DNA from: an uncultured delta proteobacterium
GTDB taxonomy: Bacteria; Myxococcota_A; Polyangia; Polyangiales; Polyangiaceae
Direction of reading: 5' to 3'
Assembly (NCBI GenBank): GCA_963782055.1
Contig: CAWAIF010000002.1
Coordinates: forward strand, 32,001 to 96,000
Length of the DNA: 64,000 bases
How positions within the stretch are numbered: the first letter of the stretch is position 1; the number at the start of each line of letters is the position of its first letter. The notes under the pieces are model-generated. The model was not told the origin of the DNA. It was given only the letters and a program-made list of their open reading frames with translations, and made no database searches. Shown one piece after another: positions 8,793-19,635 of this stretch. The position numbers and the translations under genes were made by a program.

Positions 8793-10675
8793 CGCCGCGC
8801 GGTCACCCGCTCGCGCGGGGGGGCGCCCAGCAGCGCGAGCGCCTTGCACACCGCCGGGTCCTTGCAGGGGCCGAGGTGGGCGCCGTGCGAGGGCCACACC
8901 ACCTTGCCGGCGCGGGCGAGCCACTGCGCGCCGCGCATGTCCGGCCCGGCGTAGGTCGGGGGCGCGTTGGGCAACGTCGCCTCCCGCTCGTCGCCGATGT
9001 CGTCGCTGTCGGGGAAGGGGAAGTGGATGGCGGGGTGCAGGCCCACACGCTGGACCGCCGAGCCATCGGGGAGCGCGTAGAGCAGGGTGGTGACGCGCAG
9101 CACGCCCGCGTGCACGTCGTCGTCGACGTACTCCTGCGCGCAGCCCTTGCCGTACGTGGAGGTGCCGATGACGCTGCCGCGCCCGTAGACCTGCAGCGCG
9201 CCGGCGATCATCTCGGCGGCGCTCGCCGTGCCCACGTCCACCAGCGCGGCCACCGGGCCGCCGTACTGCCCGGCGGTGTCGGGGTCGGCGGCGCGGTCGG
9301 TCTCCACCGTGCCGTCCCGGCGGCGCATGGGAAACATGGGCGCGCCCGGCAGGAAGATGCCGACGGTGTCCAGCGCGCCATCGGTGGAGCCGCCGCCGTC
9401 GCCGCGCAGGTCCAGCACCACGCCCTCGAGCGGGCCGGCGGCGATCGCGTCCTGCACCGCGCGGGTCACCAGATCGCCGAGGTCGTCGTAGACGTCGTGG
9501 ATCCCGACGAGCGCCACCGTGCCGTCCCCGTACGGGACGCGCTCGACAGGCAGATCGAAGGGCGCTGTCGCGACCGACGCGGAGACCTCCGCCGACGGGT
9601 CCACCACCAGGTGCACGACCGTCGGCGGGTCGCCTCGCGCGACGGTGATCTGGAGGGGCGTCCGCCCCTGCGTCGCGGTGAGGGCGAGCTCGTCCACCTG
9701 CTCCACGGGCAGGCCGCCGAGGCGCATGCCGTCCACGTCCAGCACCACGTCGCCGGTGGCGAGCGGGGGCAGCCCGCCGCCTTCCACGCGGGCCCCGACG
9801 GCGGTGCGCGACGCGCGATCCCACAGCCGCGGCGGCGCGTCCGACTCCAGGTCCACGTCGTAGACGGAGCCCTCTTCGCCGTAGGGCGCCCACTCGCCGT
9901 GGGGGTCGACCAGCTCGACGTACGCGCGGACGGCCGCCGCGAGCACCACCTTGCTCCAGGTCGCGCCGTCGTGGTCGGGGAACAGACGAGTACGCGCGGC
10001 GTCCAGGTACGGCGCCAGCGGCTTGCCGCCGGCGCCCCCCAGCGCGGCGAAGCGCTCGCCCAGATCACGCGCGAGGGCGGGCGAGGCCATGTCGTCGTTG
10101 TCGGCGAGCGCGGCGTCGAGCGCCTCGCGTGGGTCGCGCGTGGAAGGGCGGGCGCGGGCCGCGTCGAACGTCGTCCGGAGCTGAGCCACCCAGCCGGTCA
10201 TCGCCCGGCCGACCTCCACCGCCGCGGTGCAAGGGCCGCCACGCTCCAGCTCGGTGAGGAGCGCGGGGGCGAGGCGGCCGATGGCCCGGGCCACCGGCGA
10301 GTCCTGCGGGGACGCCCAGAGCCCGTGCGGGTCCACCCAGTCGATGACACCCTCGGCCAGGTCGTGGGGCGCGACGGGTGAGGGGTCGTAAGCGAGGAGG
10401 TCGTGGCGGAGCTGGTGGACGACCGTCTGCGCGGCGGAGCACGTCAGCGAGGCGAGCGCGCCGCTCGGGGGCCGCAGGGCGGGGCCGTCGTCGTCGTCGT
10501 CGTCGGTCTGGGCCGTGGCGGGCGCGGGCGCCGAGGCCTCCCGCGACCTGGCGGCGGGCGCGCGGGGAGGAGCCGCGATGATCGCGCGGGGGGAGTGGAG
10601 GACGAGCATCGCCGCCCCGCCGGCGAGCACCGCCGCGGCGACCCACCCGCCAAGCCGCTGCCCTCGCGCTGCCAT
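8783..10675 (-). CDS. S41 family C-terminal processing peptidase
   Basis: DPH, PDZ-like segment, VLDLRGDGGG, catalytic TASAAE and YGKG; N-terminal anchor. Confidence 0.88.
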   Translation of the reverse strand: MAARGQRLGGWVAAAVLAGGAAMLVLHSPRAIIAAPPRAPAARSREASAPAPATAQTDDDDDDGPALRPPSGALASLTCSAAQTVVHQLRHDLLAYDPSPVAPHDLAEGVIDWVDPHGLWASPQDSPVARAIGRLAPALLTELERGGPCTAAVEVGRAMTGWVAQLRTTFDAARARPSTRDPREALDAALADNDDMASPALARDLGERFAALGGAGGKPLAPYLDAARTRLFPDHDGATWSKVVLAAAVRAYVELVDPHGEWAPYGEEGSVYDVDLESDAPPRLWDRASRTAVGARVEGGGLPPLATGDVVLDVDGMRLGGLPVEQVDELALTATQGRTPLQITVARGDPPTVVHLVVDPSAEVSASVATAPFDLPVERVPYGDGTVALVGIHDVYDDLGDLVTRAVQDAIAAGPLEGVVLDLRGDGGGSTDGALDTVGIFLPGAPMFPMRRRDGTVETDRAADPDTAGQYGGPVAALVDVGTASAAEMIAGALQVYGRGSVIGTSTYGKGCAQEYVDDDVHAGVLRVTTLLYALPDGSAVQRVGLHPAIHFPFPDSDDIGDEREATLPNAPPTYAGPDMRGAQWLARAGKVVWPSHGAHLGPCKDPAVCKALALLGAPPRERVTARRQK

Positions 10676-10740
10676 GACGGCGAAGGCTAGCAGGCGCGCC
10701 CGAGCGGACGCACCTTTTCGAGTGCGTCAGCCACGCGCGC

Positions 10741-11553
10741 TCACGCCACCTCGGCGAAGTCGGAGCTGAGCCGCGCGCGCAGCTTGGAGCGGGTGCGCTC
10801 CTCGAGCTGGCGCACGCGCTCCTTGCTCACGCCCATGATGTCCCCGAGCTGTTGCAGGGTGCGCGGCTCGTCCGCCATCAGTCGCTCGCGCACGATGAGC
10901 CGCTCGCGATCGTTGAGGTCGCGCACGGCCTCGCGCACCGCCACGCGGGAGCGCTCGGTCCGCTCGCTGGACTCGGCCTCCTCCTCCGGTGTGGGGCCGG
11001 CGGCGACGAGCCGGTCGATGGCCGGGCCCTGGTCCGACCTGACGGCGTCCAGGCTGGCCTCCCTGCCCGAGAGCAGCGGCAGGAGCATCGTCACGCGCTC
11101 GGGGGAGAGCCCGCTGACCTTCGCCAGCTTCTCCGGGTCGGACTCCTTGGTGGTCCGGTAGGCGCGCAGCGCCCGGCGCTCCGCCTTGGTGGTGCCCAGG
11201 CGCACGACGCGGTACGCGCGCACCACGTACTCGCGGATCTCCGCGCGGATCCAGTAGACCGCGTAGGTCGCCAGGCGCGTGTCGCGGCTGGGGTCGAACT
11301 TCTGCGCCGCGCGCAGCAGCCCGACGTTGCCCTGCTGGATGATGTCCTCCAGCGGCACGCCCCAGCGGCGGTACTCCAGCGCGACGGCCACGACGAAGGG
11401 CAGGCACGCGTGCACCAGCTTCTCTCCGGCAGCGCGATCGCCCTCACGATAGAGGAGGGCGAGCTCGTGCTCCGTCTCCCTGGACAGGGGCGAGAAGCTC
11501 GAGAGACTGTCGCGATACGCCCGTAGCGAGGCGGCGTCGAAGACGGAGCCCAT
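10741..11553 (-). CDS. RNA polymerase sigma factor, sigma32/RpoH-like
   Basis: EDIIQQGNVGLLRAAQKFDP, RLATYAVYWIRAEI, RpoH-box-like VVRLGTTKAERR, region 4 TLQQLG..GVSKERVRQLE; strong SD AAGGAGGA. Confidence 0.9.
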   Translation of the reverse strand: MGSVFDAASLRAYRDSLSSFSPLSRETEHELALLYREGDRAAGEKLVHACLPFVVAVALEYRRWGVPLEDIIQQGNVGLLRAAQKFDPSRDTRLATYAVYWIRAEIREYVVRAYRVVRLGTTKAERRALRAYRTTKESDPEKLAKVSGLSPERVTMLLPLLSGREASLDAVRSDQGPAIDRLVAAGPTPEEEAESSERTERSRVAVREAVRDLNDRERLIVRERLMADEPRTLQQLGDIMGVSKERVRQLEERTRSKLRARLSSDFAEVA

Positions 11554-11604
11554 TCGGTCCTCCTTGGGAGCGCGGGTCACATTCCCACGCGTCAACGTGT
11601 CCGA

Positions 11605-11620
11605 TGCATCCGCGGTACCA
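11605..11620 (-). promoter_or_regulatory. Putative sigma54 (-24/-12) promoter of the sigma32-like gene
   Basis: Minus strand TGGTACCGCGGATGCA has GG-N10-GC spacing, about 50 nt upstream of the ATG. Confidence 0.6.
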
Positions 11621-11771
11621 ACGGTGGCGAGCCCCTCTCGACTCGCGAATTCTGCGGAGTTTCTGCACCAGCGCCCGCGCGCAAGTGGCGCGCATCGCGC
11701 AAATGGCGGCGCTGTTGCGCGGGAGGGCGCACGCATTTCGCGATCGGGCAGCCGGCCCCGGCGGGGGGGCG

Positions 11772-12611
11772 TCACACCTCGAGCGTGAGTCCCTCGTACG
11801 CGGCGACGCAGTCGGGGAAGATCGCCCGGGCCCGGCGTTCCTTGTCGCGCACTGCCTCGTCCCCCTGGGCGGGATCGTGGTGGAAGAGCACGAGCTTCTT
11901 CACGCCGGCCGCCTTGGCGAGCTTCACGCCCTCCTCGTAGGTGCTGTGGCCCCAGCCGCACTTGGGCATGGCCTTCGCGGCGCCCGCGTACTCCTCCGGC
12001 GTGTACTGCGCGTCGTAGATGAGCAGGTCGGCGTTCTTGGAGATGCCCGCCAGCTTCGGGTCGACGATGGCGTAGTGCTCGGTGTCGGTCGCGTAGACGG
12101 CGGCGTGGCCGCGATGCTCGATGCGGTAGACCCACACGCCGTTGGGGTGGTTGCCGCGCGTGGTGGTGACCAGCACGTTGCCGCCCTCGCCATCGTCCAG
12201 CTCCAGCTTCTGACCCTCGTACATGTCCATGAAGGTCATCTTGCCGGCCATCTGGCTCAGGTGGACGGGGAAGCTCGGGTAGTCCATCTGTCCGGCGAGT
12301 GTCTCCTCGAGGGTGCGCGAGACGTTGTTGCCGCCGTACAGGTGGATGGTGTTGCCCGGGATGAAGGCGGGGCCGAAGAAGGGGAAGCCCTGGATGTGAT
12401 CCCAGTGGACGTGGCTGAAGAAGATGTGGGCGGTGAGGGGCATCTCCTGGAGGAGCTTCTGGCCCAGCAGGCGCAGACCTGTCCCACCATCGAAGACGAC
12501 GATGGCCTTGCCGGCGCGCACCTCGACGCAGCTGGTGTTGCCGCCAATCTCGGCGGTCTGCGGGCCGGGTGTGGGGATGCTGCCGCGAACGCCCCAGAAC
12601 GTGATCCGCAT
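11772..12611 (-). CDS. MBL-fold metallo-hydrolase
   Basis: FWGVRGSIP, GGNTSC, DGGTG, SHVHWDH, TDTEH, DAQY, WGHST, LFHHDP. Confidence 0.92.
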   Translation of the reverse strand: MRITFWGVRGSIPTPGPQTAEIGGNTSCVEVRAGKAIVVFDGGTGLRLLGQKLLQEMPLTAHIFFSHVHWDHIQGFPFFGPAFIPGNTIHLYGGNNVSRTLEETLAGQMDYPSFPVHLSQMAGKMTFMDMYEGQKLELDDGEGGNVLVTTTRGNHPNGVWVYRIEHRGHAAVYATDTEHYAIVDPKLAGISKNADLLIYDAQYTPEEYAGAAKAMPKCGWGHSTYEEGVKLAKAAGVKKLVLFHHDPAQGDEAVRDKERRARAIFPDCVAAYEGLTLEV

Positions 12612-12696
12612 CGGAAGAGCTCCATGGCCCCGCGGTCGCGCACGGCCATCGATTGTGATAGGCCCCGGGCAGAAGGGGTGTCCAGAGATTTTGAAC

Positions 12697-13164
12697 GTGC
12701 CGCTCCCCCTCGTCGTCTTGGGCTGCGCCGTTCCGCCTTCGGGGCTGACGGGCGCCGCGGCACGCCGGGTGGCGGAGGCGGCCTCGGCCTACCACCAGGA
12801 CCCGCGGCGGCTCGTCGTCGTCAGCGGGGGGAGGGTCTGGCACGAGCGGGTGGAGGCCGACGCGATGGCGGAGGCCCTCGTGGCGGCCGGCGTCCTGGCG
12901 TCCCGCATTCTGCGGGAGCGCTGCTCCTTCTCCACGCGGGAGAACGCGCGGTACTCGGCGCGCCTGCTCGCGCGGCGTGACCATCGCGCGGTGGAGCTCG
13001 TCACCTGCACGTGGCACATGGCGAGGGCCGCAGCCCTCTTCCGGCGAGAAGGCCTGGAGGTGACCGAGCGCGGCGCTCACGCCCCCACGAGGAGCGTGTG
13101 GGAGAGCCTCTACCGGCGGGCGCGGGAGGGCGTCGCCGCGCGGCTGAACGGGGTGGGCTCGTGA
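12697..13164 (+). CDS. YdcF/DUF218 family protein
   Basis: VVLG, VSGG, EADAM, E..SFSTRENA, LVT..WHMARA; start codon uncertain. Confidence 0.82.
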   Translation: MPLPLVVLGCAVPPSGLTGAAARRVAEAASAYHQDPRRLVVVSGGRVWHERVEADAMAEALVAAGVLASRILRERCSFSTRENARYSARLLARRDHRAVELVTCTWHMARAAALFRREGLEVTERGAHAPTRSVWESLYRRAREGVAARLNGVGS

Positions 13165-15347
13165 GGCTGCGACGTCTGGCGTGGGCGGTCGGTCTCGCCA
13201 CGCTCCTCGGCGCCTGCGGGGCGTGCGGCAAGGAGCCGCCCGGCACGACGGCGGCCGACGCAGGCGTGCCGGACGACGCCGCGGTCGCCGCGCAGATCCA
13301 GGCGGTGGAGCGGGCGGAGGACATGCGCCGCTCGGGCGACGTGAGCGCGGAGGCGCGCACCAGCCATGACGTGCGCATCCGGAGGCGCGCGGCACGGGCC
13401 CTGGCGCGCATCGCCGACGACGCCAGCTTGCCCGGCCTGCTCCGCGCGCTGGATGACGAGGACCCGGCGACGGTGGCGTGGGGCGCCTACGGCCTCGGCT
13501 TCGCGTGCAAGGGTCACGAGGACGCCCACGCGCGGGCCCTGGTGGCGCGCGCGGCGTCGCTCGAGGCAGACGCGCCGGGCGAGGCGGGTGTCGTGGACGC
13601 GCGCTGGGCGCTGGCCCGGGCGGTCGGCAAGTGCGGCGGTCCGCTGGCGGAGAGCACGCTCGCCGCGTGGGTGCGCGCGCGCGGCACGTGGGCGGAGCCG
13701 GCGGCGTACGCGCTGGGGGACGTGGCGGGCAAGCGCGGCACGCTGGACGACGACACCGTCACCGCGCTGCTCGACGCGGCGGGCGACGGCATGCGCGCGG
13801 CGCTCTACCCCTTCGCCCGGGTCGCGCGACTCAACGACGCCTTCGCCGACCGCCTCCTGCTGACCGCGAAGAAGGCGCTGGGCGGTCCGCCGGGGGAAGA
13901 TCGCGTCTTCGCGGTGCGCGCGCTCTCCCGCGCGGGGGACGCGGCGGCGCCGGAGCTCGCGCGGGTGGCGCAGGACAAGGCCTTCGACCCGGCGGAGCGC
14001 ACCGAGGCGGCGCGCGCGCTCGCGCGGCTGGGTGACGCCGGGCACGCCGCGGCGGCGGGGGCGCTGGCGCGCCTGCTGCCGGACAGGGACCCCTTCGCCA
14101 TCATGGCGATGACGGGCGACGTCTACTCGGTGTTCCTCGGTCTCGTCGGCTCGGTGGGTGACCTGCCGCCGAAGAGCGCGACGCCGGCGCTCCAGTCGCT
14201 CTCCGCGCTGCGCGCGCCGGGCACCGCGCCGGCCCCGCTGGAGCGGCGCCTGGGCGAGCTGCGCTGCGAGGCGGCCTCCCTGCTCGCGCAGGGCTCCTAC
14301 GACGCCGAGGTGCTGCGCAAGTGCGCCGCCGCCGGTACGCCCGCCTTCGAGCGGGCGCGGCTCGCATCGGTGCTGCGCCGTCCGCTCGTCGGGGCGCGCC
14401 GCAAGGCGTGGCGCGCGCTCACCGGCTCGGCCCACCTGCGCGTGCGGGAGGACGCCATCGCCGCCATCGCCCGGCACCCCGAGCTGCGCGATGCTGCGGT
14501 CGCCCCGCTGGCCGCGGCCCTGACCGACGCGCACCCGGGCGTCGTCGCCGTCGCGTCGGACGTGGTCTTCGCCCACCCCGACCGGGTGATGGTGCTGTCG
14601 GAGAAGGAGAAGCGCAACGCGCTCGACCCGCGCGCGCCGCCGCCCACGGCCAACCCGGAGATGGAGCTGGCGCCCGCGGTGGCGAAGGCGCTCGCCGGAG
14701 CGCTCGCGCACCCGTGGACGGAGGACCTGGTGGAGACGCGCGTGGGGGTGCTGGACGCGGCGACCGCCGTCCACGCGAAGGGCGCCAAGGCCGCGGCGCT
14801 CGCCGCGTGCAAGGACCCCAACGTGACGGTGCGCGACCACGCGCAGAAGGCGCTGCGCGCGCTGGGGGAGAAGGACCCGAAGTGTCCGGCGCCGGCGACG
14901 ATGCCCCTCGCGCCGGAGGCGGCGGCGCCCCACGGCGGCAAGATCACCCTGATCACCGACGCCGGGACGCTGGGCATCACCCTCGACCCCGACCTCGCGC
15001 CGGTCACCTCCACGCGGTTGCTGTCGCTCGCCAAGGCGGGCTTCTACAAGGGCATCGTGGTGCACCGCGTGGTGCCTGGCTTCGTCGTGCAGCTCGGCGA
15101 TCCCGCCGGCGACGGCTACGGCGGCTCGGGCAAGCTGCTGCGCTGCGAGACCTCGCCGGTGCCCTTCGGCCCGCTGGACGTGGGCGTCGCGCTCGCCGGT
15201 CGCGACACCGGCTCCAGCCAGATCTTCGTCGCGCTGGCGCGCTTCCCTCACCTGGACGGCGACTACGCCCGCGTCGGCCACGCCGAGGGCGACTGGTGGG
15301 CCGTCGCCGAGGGCGACGTGATCCAGCAGGTGCGCGTCACCGAGTGA
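13161..15347 (+). CDS. HEAT-repeat lipoprotein with C-terminal cyclophilin-type peptidyl-prolyl isomerase
   Basis: Lipobox LLGAC; HEAT-like repeats; GFYKG..HRVVPGFVVQLGDP, GRDTGSSQIF, PHLDGDY. Confidence 0.85.
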   Translation: MRLRRLAWAVGLATLLGACGACGKEPPGTTAADAGVPDDAAVAAQIQAVERAEDMRRSGDVSAEARTSHDVRIRRRAARALARIADDASLPGLLRALDDEDPATVAWGAYGLGFACKGHEDAHARALVARAASLEADAPGEAGVVDARWALARAVGKCGGPLAESTLAAWVRARGTWAEPAAYALGDVAGKRGTLDDDTVTALLDAAGDGMRAALYPFARVARLNDAFADRLLLTAKKALGGPPGEDRVFAVRALSRAGDAAAPELARVAQDKAFDPAERTEAARALARLGDAGHAAAAGALARLLPDRDPFAIMAMTGDVYSVFLGLVGSVGDLPPKSATPALQSLSALRAPGTAPAPLERRLGELRCEAASLLAQGSYDAEVLRKCAAAGTPAFERARLASVLRRPLVGARRKAWRALTGSAHLRVREDAIAAIARHPELRDAAVAPLAAALTDAHPGVVAVASDVVFAHPDRVMVLSEKEKRNALDPRAPPPTANPEMELAPAVAKALAGALAHPWTEDLVETRVGVLDAATAVHAKGAKAAALAACKDPNVTVRDHAQKALRALGEKDPKCPAPATMPLAPEAAAPHGGKITLITDAGTLGITLDPDLAPVTSTRLLSLAKAGFYKGIVVHRVVPGFVVQLGDPAGDGYGGSGKLLRCETSPVPFGPLDVGVALAGRDTGSSQIFVALARFPHLDGDYARVGHAEGDWWAVAEGDVIQQVRVTE

Positions 15348-15397
15348 TCACCCCGGGGTCCTCGGGGCGCGCGGCGTGGTAGATCTCGGCCAGCGCC

Positions 15398-16164
<767 letters not shown>

Positions 16165-16168
<4 letters not shown>

Positions 16169-17173
16169 CCGGCGTGGGGCGCTCCTTCGGCGTGGCGCGG
16201 GCGCTCGTCCTGCCTGGCGTGGCGCTGGTGCTGGCCGTGGTCGCTGGGCTGCTGGTCGGCTCGACGCCCATCGACGTGTCGCGGGCGCTCGGCGACGCGG
16301 CGTCGACGGACCGCGCCATCCTCGTCGGGCTGCGCCTGCCGCGGGTGCTGCTCGGCGTGGTGGCCGGCGGCGGCCTCGCCGCGGTGGGCGTCGCCTTCCA
16401 GGCGGTGCTGCGCAACCCGCTCGCCGAGCCGTACGTGCTGGGGGTTTCCGGCGGCGCGGCGCTGGGCGCGACGATCGCCATCATGCTCGGCCTGGGCGCC
16501 GCGACCGTGCTGGGCGCGCCGCTCCTGCCGCTCGCCGCCCTGGTGTCCGGCCTCGCCGCGACGGCGATCGTCTACGGCCTGGCGCGCGCCTCCGGCGGGA
16601 CGAGCGGCACGAGCATCCTGCTCGCCGGCGTGGTGGTCAACGCCATCGCCTCCGCGGGGATCACCTTCCTCAAGACGGTGGTGAGCCAGCGCGTGGCGCA
16701 GGAGGTGCTCTTCTGGCTGGTGGGCTTCCTGGACACGCCGAGCACCATCACCCTGGCGTTCGTGACCGGCTACGTCGTGATCGGGAGCGGGATGCTGCTG
16801 CGTGACGCCGGGCGGCTCAACCTGCTGGCGCTCGGGGAGGACGGGGCGCAGCACCTGGGCGTGGACGTGCGCCGGCTGGAGCTGCGCACCTTCTTCGCGT
16901 GCTCGCTCGTCGTCGCGGCGATCGTCAGCGTGACGGGCCTCATCGGCTTCATCGGCCTCATCGTGCCGCACGCGCTGCGGCGCCTCTACGGCCCGGACGT
17001 GCGGCGCCTGCTCCCCGCGTCGCTGGTGGGCGGCGGCGCGGTGCTCGTCGTCTGCGACACCGCGAGCCGCGCCCTGTTCCACTGGCTACACACCGAGCCT
17101 CCGGTGGGCGCCGTCACCGCCCTCATCGGCGGCCCCATCTTCCTGCTCATGCTGGGCCGCAAGAATCCGCTGA
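16165..17173 (+). CDS. FecCD/BtuC family ABC transporter permease; apparent +1 error near the 3' end
   Basis: [50 protein letters not shown]. Removing one A in GAATC (17163-17167) gives ...RKIR* at 17173; as written the ORF runs to 17292, into the opposite gene. Confidence 0.85.
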
Positions 17174-17215
17174 TGGTTGAGGATCCCCGCGCCGTTCTGC
17201 GGTTGCGAGGCGGGG

Positions 17216-18337
17216 TCAGGCCTTCGGCTGAGCGGCGGGCTGCTGCTGCATCTGCGCGATGGCGCGGGAGCGCTCGATGGCGAACTGCTTGACCTCGCGC
17301 GAGGGGGAGGTGGCGAGCTTGTTGAGCAGCGCCTTGACCTTGTCCATGTCGCGCGACTGGAAGAGCGCCTCGAAGTAGTTGTGCGCCAGGCGCACGTCGC
17401 GCTGCATCTTCGCCTCGTGGGGGGCGAGCATCTTGACGACCTCGTCCAGCTTGCCGGCCTGGCCGTAGAGGGCGGAGAGGCAGAGCAGCGCGAGGGGATC
17501 CTCCGGCGCGCGCTCCACCGCCTTCTTGGCGAAGCCGATGGCCTTGTCGCGCGTCTTCTCTTCGGAGGCGTAGAAGCCCTGCAGCGCGATGTACGGCGCC
17601 GCGGTCTTGGCGTTGACGGGGGCGTTGGCGAGCTCCTCCACCGCCTTGACGGCCTTGTCCTCGCCGTCCTGCTCGCGCAGCACGTTGGTGAGGTAGGCCC
17701 ACGCGTCCACCGAGTTGGGCGCGATGGAGATGGCGCGGTCGACGGACTCTCGCTCCGCCTTCTTGTCCTTCTTGCCGGCGGCGACCTTCGCCAGGTGCAG
17801 GGAGGGGAAGGGGTTGTCCTTCATCAGGTTCTGCGCGCCCTTGAGGGTGGCCTCCGCCTTGTCCCACTTCTCCTGGTTGAGCTGCGCGACGCCCAGGCCG
17901 AGCCAGTCGTCGCCATCACCGCCGAGCGCGACAATCTTGGAGAGCACCTTCTCGGCCTTCTCGTTGCGGCCGTACTTCATCAGCTCCTGGGCGAAGATGC
18001 GGCCGCGCATCAGGTCGTCCTGGTTCTCGGTCCAGTGCTTCTCCAGACCGCCGAGCAGGTCCTCCAGGCCGATGGCGATGGGGCGGCCCTGATCGTCCTG
18101 CACCTGCACCGCCGGGCCGTTGAAGCCGAGGAGCTTCCAGACCTCGTCGAGGGAGAGGGCGACCGGGCCGTCGACCACCTTCTTCTCCACCGGCGCCCCG
18201 TTGGGGCCGAGGGGGATGAGGACGAGGGCGTTGGACGGCACGCCGTTGGGGAATGCGGTGATGGGGGCGAGGATGGCCGCGCCGCCGCTCAGGGTGATGC
18301 CGGCGTTGGCCTGCTGGGGTGCATTGGGCTGGCTCAT
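17216..18337 (-). CDS. Tetratricopeptide-repeat protein
   Basis: Serial TPR-like helices (WLGLGVAQL, AWAYL, ALLCLSALY); typical coding-strand codon usage. Confidence 0.8.
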   Translation of the reverse strand: MSQPNAPQQANAGITLSGGAAILAPITAFPNGVPSNALVLIPLGPNGAPVEKKVVDGPVALSLDEVWKLLGFNGPAVQVQDDQGRPIAIGLEDLLGGLEKHWTENQDDLMRGRIFAQELMKYGRNEKAEKVLSKIVALGGDGDDWLGLGVAQLNQEKWDKAEATLKGAQNLMKDNPFPSLHLAKVAAGKKDKKAERESVDRAISIAPNSVDAWAYLTNVLREQDGEDKAVKAVEELANAPVNAKTAAPYIALQGFYASEEKTRDKAIGFAKKAVERAPEDPLALLCLSALYGQAGKLDEVVKMLAPHEAKMQRDVRLAHNYFEALFQSRDMDKVKALLNKLATSPSREVKQFAIERSRAIAQMQQQPAAQPKA

Positions 18338-18568
18338 GGCGAGGTGCGGACCCTAGCACAAGCCTCGAGCCGAAGCCGAGGGGCGGCGGGGCTCCTGCCC
18401 GGAGCCGGGGTCGGGGACTGAATCGGCGCGGCAGGCGGCCGTATGGGCTGACAAGGACGCCACGACACCCTGCCGGACAGGTCTCTCATGGGCGAAAGAG
18501 TCGCACACCACGGACGCTGGATCGCTGAAGCGAGCGGCACCCACCACGCCCGGCCCAGGCCCTTTGCC

Positions 18569-19582
18569 ATGCTCGACGCCCTCCCCGACGCCCTCGTCCT
18601 GGTGGACTCGGAGGGGACCATCACCGACGTCAAGCCTGCCCAGGAGGTGCCCCTGCCCCCGCCAGAGGAGCTGATCGGGCAGCACGCGAAGGTGGTGGTG
18701 CCCGTGGACCGCCTGGAGGAGCGGCTGCAGGCGGTGCTGGAGACCGGACGCCCCCAGGCCTTCGACTACGAGGTGCCCGTCAGCGGGCGGCCCCGCGCGC
18801 GCGAGGTCCGGATGAAGCGCCTGGGTGAGGACCAGGTGCTGCTGGTGCTCCGCGACACGACCGAGCAGCGCCGCGTCACCCTCCGCGAGCTTCTCACCGA
18901 GCGCATGGCGTCCCTCGGAGCGCTGTCGGCGGGCGTGGCGCACGAGATCAACAACCCCCTCGCCTTCCTGCTCGCCAACCTGGAGTACGCGGAGGACGAG
19001 CTGGACGGCACCGCCGCCCCGGAGGTCCGCGCGGCCCTCGCCGCCGCCCGGCAGGGCGCGGAGCGGATGCGGACGATCAGCGGGTGCCTGCGCATCTTCG
19101 CGCGGCAGGAGGACGACGACGTCGAGCAGACCTGCGACGCCGCCCACGCGGTGGGGCTCGCCCTGGAGGCCTGCGCTCCGGACGTGGCGGGCCGGGCGCA
19201 GCTCACCCACGAGGACCGTGGCGCTCCGCCTGTCCGGATCCACGAGGCGCGTCTGGCGCAGGTGGTGATCAACCTGATCGTCAACGCCGCGCAGTCCTTC
19301 GACCCGGCGCAGGCCCTGCGCAACGAGATCCGGGTCCGCACCGGCTCCGCGGAGGGACGCGCCGTCATCGAGGTGGCCGACAACGGGCCGGGGATCCCCG
19401 CCGCCATTCGCGGTCGGGTGTTCGACCCCTTCTTCACGACCAAGCCGCCGGCCGGCCGCGGGCTGGGCCTCGCCGTCTGCGAGGGCATCGTGCGGGCGGC
19501 GGGCGGCGAGCTGGAGGTGGAGAGCCTCGCCGGGCTGGGTACGGTCTTCCGTGTCGTGCTGCCCGGCGCAAACCCGCCGTGA
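18569..19582 (+). CDS. PAS-domain sensor histidine kinase (orphan)
   Basis: PAS-like N-terminus; H-box AHEINNPL, N-box NLIVNA, DNGPGI, FDPFFTTK, GLGL. An upstream ATG at 18488 is also possible. Confidence 0.9.
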   Translation: MLDALPDALVLVDSEGTITDVKPAQEVPLPPPEELIGQHAKVVVPVDRLEERLQAVLETGRPQAFDYEVPVSGRPRAREVRMKRLGEDQVLLVLRDTTEQRRVTLRELLTERMASLGALSAGVAHEINNPLAFLLANLEYAEDELDGTAAPEVRAALAAARQGAERMRTISGCLRIFARQEDDDVEQTCDAAHAVGLALEACAPDVAGRAQLTHEDRGAPPVRIHEARLAQVVINLIVNAAQSFDPAQALRNEIRVRTGSAEGRAVIEVADNGPGIPAAIRGRVFDPFFTTKPPAGRGLGLAVCEGIVRAAGGELEVESLAGLGTVFRVVLPGANPP

Positions 19583-19635
19583 GGTATTTGCCGCCCAGGG
19601 GAGATTTCGCCCACACCCCATGGTAAGGGCCCCGG

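Noticed and set aside
18338..18568. Possible sRNA in the TPR/histidine kinase intergenic region
   Set aside because: Only short GC-rich pairings, no recognisable family motif; part may be coding if the kinase starts at 18488
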